Part shown: piece by piece, positions 9,138 to 18,679 of the stretch
Position numbering within the stretch: the first letter of the stretch is position 1
Layout: every line of letters starts with the position of its first letter
Assembly: GCA_963700145.1 (NCBI GenBank)
Contig: OY969474.1
Coordinates: 1,952,001 to 2,016,000, forward strand
From: an uncultured Acidobacteriota bacterium
Lineage (GTDB): Bacteria > Acidobacteriota > Thermoanaerobaculia > Multivoradales > UBA5704
Direction of reading: 5' to 3'
DNA: 64,000 bases
The notes under the pieces: model-generated
The model's input: only the letters and a program-made list of their open reading frames with translations
What the model was told of the DNA's origin: nothing
Database searches by the model: none
Translations under genes and position numbers: made by a program

Positions 9138-10147
9138 AGCGCAAGGGCCGCCTCGAGGCGATCGCGGCGTTCTTCCGCCCGCGGCACGCCGTGCCGTGGG
9201 CGGAGCGGACGGCGCTCCTGGCGAGCCGGGAGAGGTTCGCCGCCGCCCGGGCGCTCGTCTCGGCCTTCTACGCCGTGCTGCTCTTCTTCGCTCTGAGCAA
9301 CCTCTTCTCCTGGCAGGACTTCCTCAACGCGACGGAGCTCACGCCCCGCTGGCCGCTCTTCTGGCTGCGCTTCGTGGACCTCCATGCCGGCATCGTCTTC
9401 GTCCTCTGGTTCCACCTCCTCGGCGGCCTTCTCGGCGTCGTCGCTCCCGGCTCCCGCCTCGCGCGCATCCTGGTCTTCTGCTCCTGGCTGGAGTTCCTGG
9501 CGCTCCGCTACTCGTTCGGGTCCATCAACCACGGCGACCACCTGGGGCTCCTCCTCACCTTCGTCCTCATCTTCCTGCCGCCGGGGTGGAGCTCCAGCCG
9601 GACGCCCGGGCGGTCCGTGCGCACCGCGACGCTGCTCGTCTTCTCCGGCTGCCAGGCGATGATCATGCTGACCTACAGCATGTCGGGGATGTGGAAGGCG
9701 GGCGGGGTGGTGCAACAGGCGATCGAAGGGGAGGTCACCTACCTCGCCCCCTCGGCGCTCGCCCGGCAGGTGGCGGCCAAGCTCCTCTCCGACGAGTCCT
9801 CCGGCCTCCTCGGTCCCTGGCTGATCGAGCACGCCTGGGTGGGCTGGCCGCTGATGATCGCCGCCCTCTACCTGGAGCTCTTCGCGCTGTGGGCCGTGCC
9901 GCGCCCGTCGCTGCACCGCGGCTGGGGCCTGGGCCTCATCCTGCTCCACGTCGCCACCCACCTGACGATGGGCGTCGGGTTCCCCCAGAACCCCCTCTGG
10001 CTCGCCCTCTTCCTCGTCTTCTCGCCGTTCCGCCCGCAGCCGTCGCCCGGCTGGCGCCGGGCCCTGCGCGATCTGCCCCTCGTGGGGCGGTGGCTGGGGC
10101 CCTCTGGTACTCTCGCGCCGGTGACACGCAAAAGCAGCTCTCTGTAG
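9134..10147 (+). CDS. Polytopic membrane protein, HTTM/SdpB-like
   Basis: Multiple TM helices; INHGDH, YSMSGMWK, LYLEL and ILLHVATHLTMG patterns; ATGA overlap. Confidence 0.55.
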   Translation: MKRKGRLEAIAAFFRPRHAVPWAERTALLASRERFAAARALVSAFYAVLLFFALSNLFSWQDFLNATELTPRWPLFWLRFVDLHAGIVFVLWFHLLGGLLGVVAPGSRLARILVFCSWLEFLALRYSFGSINHGDHLGLLLTFVLIFLPPGWSSSRTPGRSVRTATLLVFSGCQAMIMLTYSMSGMWKAGGVVQQAIEGEVTYLAPSALARQVAAKLLSDESSGLLGPWLIEHAWVGWPLMIAALYLELFALWAVPRPSLHRGWGLGLILLHVATHLTMGVGFPQNPLWLALFLVFSPFRPQPSPGWRRALRDLPLVGRWLGPSGTLAPVTRKSSSL

Positions 10148-10160
10148 GAGGTTTTAGCCC

Positions 10161-10718
10161 TTGGTTCAAGCCACTCAGCTCCGCGCCGGCATGTGCATCC
10201 TCTTCGAGAAGGACATCTGCCGCATCATGTCGGTCCAGCACGTCACCCCCGGCAACTGGCGGGGGTTCGTCCAGGCGCGCATGAGGAGCCTCAAGAGCGG
10301 CAACAGCTTCGAGCACCGCTTCGGCTCGACCGAGCGGGTGGAGCGGGCGATCCTCGACACCCACCCGATGGAGTACCTCTACTCCGACTCCTCCGGCCAC
10401 CACTTCATGAACCAGGAGAACTACGAGCAGGTGGCCCTCGAAGACGAGACGCTGGGCACCTCCATGCTCTACCTGCTGCCCAACACGGTCATCAAGGTGG
10501 ACTTCCACGAGGGTCAGCCGGTGGGCATCGAGCTCCCCAACACGGTCACCCTGGAGGTCGTCGAGACCGACCCGCCGCTGCGCGGCGCCACCGCCAGCGC
10601 CTCGTACAAGCCGGCCAAGATGGAGACCGGCCTGGTGGTGCAGGTGCCGCCCTTCATCGAGGTGGGGACCAAGATCCTCATCGACACGCGCGAGGACAAG
10701 TACCTGAGCCGCGGGTAG
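10161..10718 (+). CDS. efp: Translation elongation factor P
   Basis: HVTPGNWRGFV loop, KPAKMETGLVVQVPPFI, IDTREDKY; TTG start after AGGAGG. Confidence 0.95.
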   Translation: MVQATQLRAGMCILFEKDICRIMSVQHVTPGNWRGFVQARMRSLKSGNSFEHRFGSTERVERAILDTHPMEYLYSDSSGHHFMNQENYEQVALEDETLGTSMLYLLPNTVIKVDFHEGQPVGIELPNTVTLEVVETDPPLRGATASASYKPAKMETGLVVQVPPFIEVGTKILIDTREDKYLSRG

Positions 10719-10745
10719 CGCCCGGGCCACGTCCCGGGCGTTCTT

Positions 10746-11450
10746 ATGGACCCCAACCTCGTCCTCCTCGGCCTGACCTGGTTCGTGGTCTTCCTCTTCT
10801 CGACCACACTGCACGAGGCCGGGCACGCGCTGGCCGCCAAGAAGCTCGGCGACCCCACCGCCTACCACGGCGGGCAAGTCTCCCTCTCGCCGTTCCCGCA
10901 CATCAAGCGCGAGCCGTTCGGCATGGTGCTGGTGCCGCTGCTCTCCTTCGTCCTGTCGCGCGGCGGCTGGATGATGGGCTGGGCGAGCGCCCCCTACGAC
11001 CCCATGTGGGCGCACCGGCACCCGCGGCGCGCGGCGCTCATGGCGCTGGCCGGCCCGGCGGCGAACCTGCTGCTGGTGATCGTGGCCGGGGGGCTGATCC
11101 GGCTGGGGGTGGCGACCGGGGCCTACCGGGTGCCGGAGTTCGTGACCTTCACGGCCGTGACCCAGCCGGCGGCGGAGGGGCTGGCGGCGGCCGCGGTGCT
11201 GCCGCTCTCGATCTTCTTCACCCTCAACCTCGTCCTCTTCGTCTTCAACCTGCTCCCCCTACCCCCCCTCGACGGCAGCGCCGCCATCGCCATCCTGATG
11301 CCCGACGAGATGGCCCGTCGCTACCAGGAGTTCCTCCACAACCCCAGCTTCTCCTTCCTCGGCATCCTCATCGCCTGGCGCCTCTTCAACCCGGTCTTCG
11401 ACCCGGTGCACACGGTGGCGCTGCGGCTGCTATACCTGGGCGCGTTATAG
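10746..11450 (+). CDS. Site-2 protease family (M50) membrane metalloprotease
   Basis: HEAGH, LAGPAAN and FNLLPLPPLDG motifs. Confidence 0.92.
   Translation: MDPNLVLLGLTWFVVFLFSTTLHEAGHALAAKKLGDPTAYHGGQVSLSPFPHIKREPFGMVLVPLLSFVLSRGGWMMGWASAPYDPMWAHRHPRRAALMALAGPAANLLLVIVAGGLIRLGVATGAYRVPEFVTFTAVTQPAAEGLAAAAVLPLSIFFTLNLVLFVFNLLPLPPLDGSAAIAILMPDEMARRYQEFLHNPSFSFLGILIAWRLFNPVFDPVHTVALRLLYLGAL
11337..11379 (+). repeat. Left copy of an imperfect ~43-bp direct repeat (inside the M50 gene); right copy at 14659-14700
   Basis: CACAACC...CTTCTCCTTCCTCGGCATCCTCATCGCCTGGC vs CACAACC...CTTCTCCTTCCTCGGTACCCTTATCGCCTAGC (28/32 identical in the 3' block). Confidence 0.75.
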
Positions 11451-11465
11451 GGCGCTGCGCTACCT

Positions 11466-11505
11466 CTGCCGGTGACGCACCGTGCAGACGGTTCACTCGG
11501 GGCAG
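11466..11505 (+). other. 40-nt imperfect hairpin upstream of the RT (candidate ncRNA element or terminator)
   Basis: CTGCC/GGCAG, GGTGA/TCACT and ACCGT/ACGGT nested stems closing a GCAG loop. Confidence 0.5.
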
Positions 11506-11557
11506 CATCCAACATTGAAGGTCAAACCTAGAGACTCTAAACAAGGAAGCACTTAGC

Positions 11558-13183
11558 ATGGACGGAATCACGCCAGACATTGTTGCACGCCTCGATCTTG
11601 CGGCAGCGATGCAACAGGCTTGCGTTCCAAATGATCTACTGCCTTCGCGAGAGGAGGATCGCGTGGGCGGAGAACTCGGCAAGCGCTATGCGGAACACCT
11701 CCGCAAGCAGTTAGAGGAGGGGCGTTACGAACCCGACCCCGCCTCCTTTGTGCCAGTTCCCAAGCCAGGCTTCACATCCCGCCCCGCCGCACTCCTTACG
11801 CTGACCGATCGAGTGCTTTACGAGGCGCTCGTATCCCTTCTTCGCCCTCGTCTCGCGAAGGTCCTTTTGGATCCTGAGGTCGTTCTATGGCCTCGTGAAA
11901 CGTATGTGGAGAAGCGCTGGGCAGAGTTCGAAGGCGCCCCTCTCACCGTTTCTACTGCCTACGTCGTGCAAGCTGACGTAGCTGGTTTCTACGAGACGAT
12001 CAGTCACGACCAGCTTGAGGATGATCTCGTGCAATTGACTGGCGAGAGGCAGGTCGCCAAAGCCATTAGCGCGTTCCTTTCTCGCGTCATGAACTCTCCA
12101 CGCGGCCTTCCCCAGGGCCTCCTCCCATCGGACACACTCGCCACCACATATCTGCAACCTCTCGACGCTGCCCTCTTGCGACAAGGCTTCCACCACTGGA
12201 GGCACGGTGACGACATCCGCGTGGCCGCTGATACCATCCCCGATGCACGGGAAAGCATCGCGTTGATCGAGCACGAACTGCGAAACCGCGGACTCCTAGT
12301 GAGTGGCTCCAAGTGCGCCATTATCACTCGCGAGAACTACGAGGCAAGTCTGTTGGCTAGCGACGCTGCGCTTAGCGCAGCGCGCGAGAGCCTTCTGGCA
12401 GCAAGGATTGAGGAGGTCGCCAGTGATGATGAGGAGTTAATCTCTGCCATGGAGAAGGCGCAGCTCGACGAGGATGTGAGCTGGGCTCTGTTCTACCATA
12501 TGTCTATTTCGATCGACGAAGTGATCGACATGCTCCGAGAACATCTGCAGCCCACCGACATCGAGGTCGCACAAGAGGTCTTCTTGGAAACTGTCCGGCA
12601 TGGCCCCGGAAGTCAAGATCCGTTGCCGAAAGAGCAGTTTCATGCGCAAATCACCCGCTCGCTATTGCGCTTAGCCGCGGCCAGGTCTCCTGTTGGCCTG
12701 CGGAAGGCGGCATGGTTGACGGAAACATTTCCCGAGAAGACAGGGCTAGTATGCACCTACCTTCAAGCGATGATGCGATCACACTCGCTTCAGGCTGTGC
12801 GCCAAGCGGAGAAGGTATTGCTCTCTGCGGCGTTCACTACGGCGTGGCAGCAAGCGTGGCTTCTCAGGGTGTTAGGTCTCGGTTCGGAACGTATCGCACC
12901 TGCCACGGTCGAGCGCTTGGAGGCGATAGCCAACGACGAAGCTGCTCACTGGCTTGCCCGAGTAGAAGCAATGAAAGTGCTGGCTCGCCTTAACCGACTC
13001 GATCGTGACACCGTGCTTCGAAGCTGGAGACTAGCACCACGGCCATATAGGAGTGATCTGTTGGAAGCGACCGCCTTTCTGCGGGACTCGGAAGAATGGG
13101 CACGAAGGTTCCTCAAGGGAACGCAGCTGGATCCTGTCGAGAAGGTGGTCGTGAGTCACTTGACGAGCCAAGCGCGCACCTAA
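11558..13183 (+). CDS. Reverse transcriptase with C-terminal alpha-helical (HEAT-like) region; Abi/DRT/UG-type
   Basis: VPKPG..RP, ADVAGFYETISH, GLPQG, RHGDD in the YxDD position, GSK; helical C-terminus (WQQAWLL); lower GC than flanks. Confidence 0.88.
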   Translation: MDGITPDIVARLDLAAAMQQACVPNDLLPSREEDRVGGELGKRYAEHLRKQLEEGRYEPDPASFVPVPKPGFTSRPAALLTLTDRVLYEALVSLLRPRLAKVLLDPEVVLWPRETYVEKRWAEFEGAPLTVSTAYVVQADVAGFYETISHDQLEDDLVQLTGERQVAKAISAFLSRVMNSPRGLPQGLLPSDTLATTYLQPLDAALLRQGFHHWRHGDDIRVAADTIPDARESIALIEHELRNRGLLVSGSKCAIITRENYEASLLASDAALSAARESLLAARIEEVASDDEELISAMEKAQLDEDVSWALFYHMSISIDEVIDMLREHLQPTDIEVAQEVFLETVRHGPGSQDPLPKEQFHAQITRSLLRLAAARSPVGLRKAAWLTETFPEKTGLVCTYLQAMMRSHSLQAVRQAEKVLLSAAFTTAWQQAWLLRVLGLGSERIAPATVERLEAIANDEAAHWLARVEAMKVLARLNRLDRDTVLRSWRLAPRPYRSDLLEATAFLRDSEEWARRFLKGTQLDPVEKVVVSHLTSQART

Positions 13184-13188
13184 AAAGG

Positions 13189-14647
13189 GGGGTTGTCCCT
13201 CCCGCTGTTGAAAGAGCAATGAGGTGAAGGCGGCTCCTCGGCCCACCTGATCGAGAATCGGGTTGGTCGAATAACCGGCCCCGCCAGGGGGCCAAGGAGC
13301 CGTGATGAAGACGAGAGCAGAAAGGCGGGTGGTGTGGCAAGGGGGCCGTGCGGCGCGCATCAGCCACGGGCTACAAGCGCTGCTGCGGCCGATGGTCGAG
13401 GGCATCGAGGCCAGCCGCCAGGGGCTGCTGGAGCTGTTTCACGCCGCGGGCGTCGAGGCCCTGGGGCGGCAGCTCGCGGACGAGGTCGAGGCCGTCGTCG
13501 GTCCGAAGCGTCGGCGCAATCCGACCCGCGAGGCGTACCGCTGGGGCTCGACGGCGAGCGAGTTCGTGCTGGGTGGCCGCCAGGTGGCGCTGCCGCGACC
13601 GCGCGTCCGGCGACGCGACGGTGGCGAGATGAGCTTGCCTTCGGTGCGCGCCTTTCAGGACGAAGATCCCTTCACGGAGCGGGTGATCGAGCAGGCGCTG
13701 GTCGGCGTCTCGCAGCGCCGCTACGGTCGGAGCTTGGAGCCGCTCGCAGAGTCGGTGCCGGAGCGCGCGACGAGCAAGAGTGCGGTCCAGCGCCGGCTGG
13801 TGGCGGGGACGCGTCGTCTGCTGGGCGCGTGGCTGCGCCGAGACCTGTCGGACTTCCAGCCCCTGATCCTGATGATCGACGGGCTGGAGGTGGCCGGCCA
13901 CACCCTGGTGGTGGCACTCGGCATCGCGCGCGACGGGACCAAGCGGGTGCTCGGCCTGCGTGAAGGCGCGACGGAGAACGCGGCGCTCTGTACCGGCCTG
14001 CTCCAGGAGCTGTTGGAGCGAGGCCTCGCGATGCCGCCGCGCTTCTTGGCGGTGCTCGACGGCGGCAAGGGGCTGCGCAAGGCCGTGCGCGCCGTCTTCG
14101 GGGACGCAACCCACGTCCAGCGCTGCCAGCTCCACAAGCGCCGCAACGTCCGCGACCACCTGCCCAAGCAGCTCCAAGCCCGGGTCGACCGCCTGATGGT
14201 CGAGGCCTACCAGAGCGCTCGCTTCGACCTCGCCAAGCGTCGCCTCGAGCAGCTTGCCCGCTGGCTCGAGCACGCAGGCCACGCGGGCGCCGCGGGCAGC
14301 CTGCGCGAGGGCCTCGACGAGACCCTCACCGCCTTGCGGCTGAAGCTGCCCGACGCTCTGCGCCGGTTGCTCGCCTCGACCAACGCGATCGAGAACACGA
14401 TCGGCTCGATCCGTACGACGACGCGCAACGTCAAGCGCTGGCGCGGCGGCGACATGGTGCTGCGCTGGGTCGCCCTGGCGCTGTGTGACGCGGAGGCTGG
14501 CTTCCGGCGTGTCAAGGGACATCGGCACCTCGGGGCTCTCGAGCTCGCGCTCGCGGCGATCGAGGAACCGACGAACACCAAGGCCGTGGCATGATCAACC
14601 GAGCCGCTTTCCCTCTTTCGGCTTTCAACAGGGAACGGGGCATCCCC
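13189..14647 (+). mobile_element. Complete IS256-family insertion sequence
   Basis: Imperfect TIRs GGGGTTGTCCCTCCCGCTGTTGAAAG / rc GGGGATGCCCCGTTCCCTGTTGAAAG; 9-bp target duplication CTAAAAAGG at 13180-13188 and 14648-14656. Confidence 0.92.
13302..14594 (+). CDS. IS256 family (Mutator-type) DDE transposase
   Basis: MIDG, LDGGKG, QRCQLHK and STNAIE motifs. Confidence 0.95.
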   Translation: MMKTRAERRVVWQGGRAARISHGLQALLRPMVEGIEASRQGLLELFHAAGVEALGRQLADEVEAVVGPKRRRNPTREAYRWGSTASEFVLGGRQVALPRPRVRRRDGGEMSLPSVRAFQDEDPFTERVIEQALVGVSQRRYGRSLEPLAESVPERATSKSAVQRRLVAGTRRLLGAWLRRDLSDFQPLILMIDGLEVAGHTLVVALGIARDGTKRVLGLREGATENAALCTGLLQELLERGLAMPPRFLAVLDGGKGLRKAVRAVFGDATHVQRCQLHKRRNVRDHLPKQLQARVDRLMVEAYQSARFDLAKRRLEQLARWLEHAGHAGAAGSLREGLDETLTALRLKLPDALRRLLASTNAIENTIGSIRTTTRNVKRWRGGDMVLRWVALALCDAEAGFRRVKGHRHLGALELALAAIEEPTNTKAVA

Positions 14648-14658
14648 CTAAAAAGGTT

Positions 14659-14700
14659 CACAACCAGACTTCTCCTTCCTCGGTACCCTTATCGCCTAGC
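14659..14700 (+). repeat. Right, degenerate copy of the M50 gene segment 11337-11379
   Basis: Exact 15-mer CTTCTCCTTCCTCGG shared; the TGG codon is TAG here. Confidence 0.75.
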
Positions 14701-14748
14701 CCGGTAAGGCTTCCGGAACGCGCCGAAGGCTTGGCCAAGTGGGGGCGT

Positions 14749-15330
14749 TCAGCGGACGAAGTAGCGGTAGTGCCCGGTGACCTCGTAGGCGAAGAGGATG
14801 TCCTCGAGCCGCGTGCCGGCGCCGATGTTGTGGACGACGAGGCGGCGGTCGGTGCGCGCGACGGGGCGGTCGGAGGTGATGCCGACGTGGGGCACTCCCG
14901 AGGGCAGGCGCCAGGTGACGACGTCGCCCGGTAGATAGTCGGCGCCGCGGCTTGTGACCGGCACGGCCTTGCCGCCGCGGCGGAAGAAGGTGGCCAGGTT
15001 CGGCACGCGGCGGTGGTCGATGTTGGGATCGGGGCGGCGCAGGCCCCAAAGACGGGGGTAGGCGTCGAAGTGGGCCTTCATGTCCTCGTGCACGAGCACC
15101 TGCAGGTCGGTGCCGGCGCGGCGGAAGGCGCGGACGACGACGTCGGTGCAGACGCCGGTCGCGAGCGGCACGTCGCCGCCCGGGTAGGCGATACGGCGGT
15201 AGCTCGGGTCGTAGCCGGGGGTCCTCCCCACCTGCTCCACCGCCCCCGCGACCAGCGCGGCGACACCGGCCTCCTGCGCCAAGGCGGGGGCCAGCGCGAC
15301 GACGACCAGGAAGGCGAAGGCGCGCCTCAC
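14749..15330 (-). CDS. DUF1287 (YijF-like) exported protein
   Basis: YDPSY..IAYPGGDVP..GVCTDVVVRA, DPNIDHRRVPNL, HNIGAG; signal peptide. Confidence 0.9.
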   Translation of the reverse strand: MRRAFAFLVVVALAPALAQEAGVAALVAGAVEQVGRTPGYDPSYRRIAYPGGDVPLATGVCTDVVVRAFRRAGTDLQVLVHEDMKAHFDAYPRLWGLRRPDPNIDHRRVPNLATFFRRGGKAVPVTSRGADYLPGDVVTWRLPSGVPHVGITSDRPVARTDRRLVVHNIGAGTRLEDILFAYEVTGHYRYFVR

Positions 15331-15339
15331 AGGGGTTGA

Positions 15340-15531
15340 TCAGGAGGACCGGGGAGCCTCTCCGATAGGGGGCTGCGAGGCCTGGATCTCCGCCAGGTCG
15401 TCGGCAAAGCGAGGGTCCGGCGCGCCGAGCTGCCGCAGCCGCTCGACCAGCTCGCGAAGGGTGACGCGGCGGCTCGGCGACGCAGGCGAGAATCGTCTTG
15501 TGGCCTCGGTCGCGGTGACTCTTTTGTCCAT
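15340..15531 (-). pseudogene. Internally deleted Phd/YefM-type antitoxin (vapB-like remnant)
   Basis: MDKRVTATEATRRFS start joined directly to TLRELVERL..PDPRFADDL; central Phd region missing; no intact toxin downstream. Confidence 0.55.
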
Positions 15532-15538
15532 CACCACG

Positions 15539-15559
15539 ACGGTACTCTGAAGAATCAGA
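15539..15559 (-). promoter_or_regulatory. Leaderless-type -10 (TACCGT, 7 nt before ATG) with adjacent operator-like palindrome TCTGA-N4-TCAGA
   Basis: Seen directly upstream of the antitoxin remnant. Confidence 0.4.
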
Positions 15560-15613
15560 TTGCCGCAAGGCGCGGGACCGCCCTCCGGGCTGCGCCGGGG
15601 GGCCTCCGGCGCC

Positions 15614-15885
15614 GCCGGAAGCTTCCCCCTCGCCGCCGGAAGCTTCCCCCTCGCCTCCGGAGGCTTCCGCACCTGCTCCGGAAGCTTCCGCCCCGCCTCC
15701 GGAAGCTTCCCGTTCACCTCCGGAAGCTTCCGCTTCGCCTCCGGAAGCTTCCGCTCCTCCTCAGGAAGCTTCCCGGCCACGTCCGGAAGCTTCCCGCCCG
15801 CCTCCGGAGGCTTCCGCACCACCTCCGGAAGCTTCCGCCCCGCCCTGGGAAGCTTCCGCTCCTCCTCCGGAGGCTTCCGGAGGGG
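15614..15885. repeat. Tandem array of 13 x 21-bp units with palindromic core GGAAGCTTCC
   Basis: Units such as tccggaagcttccgccccgcc and tccggaagcttcccgttcacc at exact 21-bp period. Confidence 0.95.
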
Positions 15886-17583
<1,698 letters not shown>

Positions 17584-17674
17584 GCGCGGGGGATTCCTCC
17601 TAGGAACGGCCGGAGGCGCAATCGTAGGAGAGCTGTCCCATCGGAGCAACTACGGAGTCACCGAGAGCAGTAGA

Positions 17675-18103
17675 ATGAGCGATGCCATGATTGTCTTCAT
17701 CAGCCATTCGTCGAAGGATTCCAAGTGGGCGCAAGACCTCTCGCAGCGGCTCCGCCAAGAAGGTCTGGAAGTGTCCAACCCGAGCTCGGACTACGATCCG
17801 GGGAACAACTTCTTTCTCGAAGCCGCCAGGGCTCTCGACCGCGCCGACGCGATGATCGTGCTGATTTCTCCTGCCTTCGTTGGATCCGAATGGGCCGGGA
17901 AGGAACTCGAATACGCCCTCTTCTCGCAAAAGTTCAAAGACCGCTTGATCCCGGTCATCCTTCGCCCCGACGCAGAGATGCCGTGGATCCTGCGTCGTCT
18001 GCAGCCACTCGAGGCCCATGATCCCGCGACGGTCGACGAGATCATTCGCCGTCTGAAACAGCCGGACGCTCCACATTCGCGCGCACGTGCCGATTCCCGC
18101 TGA
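17675..18103 (+). CDS. Stand-alone TIR domain protein (TIR_2)
   Basis: VFISHSSKD, LISPAFVGSEWAGKELEYA, LIPVIL. Confidence 0.88.
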   Translation: MSDAMIVFISHSSKDSKWAQDLSQRLRQEGLEVSNPSSDYDPGNNFFLEAARALDRADAMIVLISPAFVGSEWAGKELEYALFSQKFKDRLIPVILRPDAEMPWILRRLQPLEAHDPATVDEIIRRLKQPDAPHSRARADSR

Positions 18104-18503
18104 GCTGTTCCTCTCCCATTCGGATCAGGATCGCGACTTCGCCGAAGCTTTGGGCGCAGTCCTCGGGCGCCACGGAGTGCCCTACTGGTACAGCCGGCGC
18201 GATCTCCGCGGCGCCGATATTTGGCACGACGAGATCGGTACCGCGCTGCATCGGTGCGACTGGTTTCTCCTCGCGCTCTCTCCCGCCGCCATCGATTCGA
18301 TGTGGGTGAAGCGGGAGCTCAACTTCGCATTGCGCGACCCACGGTACGAGGGGCACATCGTGCCCGTGCTTTACCAGCCCTGCGCCTACGAGAGCCTCTC
18401 GTGGACGCTCGGCGCGATCGAGAGGATCGACTTCACGGCCGGCTTTGACGAAGGCTGTCGCGAGCTGCTGCGCATCTGGGGCTTGGGCTACCGCCCAGCG
18501 TAG
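18087..18503 (+). CDS. Second stand-alone TIR domain protein (TIR_2)
   Basis: LFLSHSDQD, LSPAAIDSMWVKRELNFA, IVPVLY, IDF; overlaps the first TIR gene. Confidence 0.9.
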   Translation: MPIPAELFLSHSDQDRDFAEALGAVLGRHGVPYWYSRRDLRGADIWHDEIGTALHRCDWFLLALSPAAIDSMWVKRELNFALRDPRYEGHIVPVLYQPCAYESLSWTLGAIERIDFTAGFDEGCRELLRIWGLGYRPA

Positions 18504-18679
18504 ATGTCTTAGCGTAGCTCCCCACGAGCTCTCACCGTTCCCTACTCGAGCTAAGGCCTACACCTGCGTGCCGCCGCGGCGAGAAGACAAAGTCACCGAA
18601 GGACTAGCGGCTTGTTCGACGTGAACGGCTGAGTACTGTGTCTTCCGAGTGCGGACATGTGCCTCCGGAGTAGCCGCCG

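Noticed and set aside
11687-11689. Tyr44 of the RT matching the numbering of the AbiK priming tyrosine
   Set aside because: Probably a numbering coincidence; cannot be supported without structural alignment
11451-13183. Retron or group II intron assignment of the RT
   Set aside because: No NAxxH/VTG retron motifs, no a1/a2 inverted repeats seen, and no YADD, maturase domain or intron-end structure
11337-14700. DGR template/variable repeat pair around the RT
   Set aside because: Only ~43 bp, mismatches are not adenine-specific, there is no avd-like gene, and the RT is long with a helical tail unlike DGR RTs
14701-14736. ccggtaaggcttccgg resembling one unit of array 1
   Set aside because: Too short and degenerate to distinguish from chance in GC-rich DNA
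15614-15885. CRISPR array interpretation of either 21-bp array (also 53041-53334)
   Set aside because: Variable parts are only ~7-9 bp, repeats are degenerate, and no cas genes or leader are present
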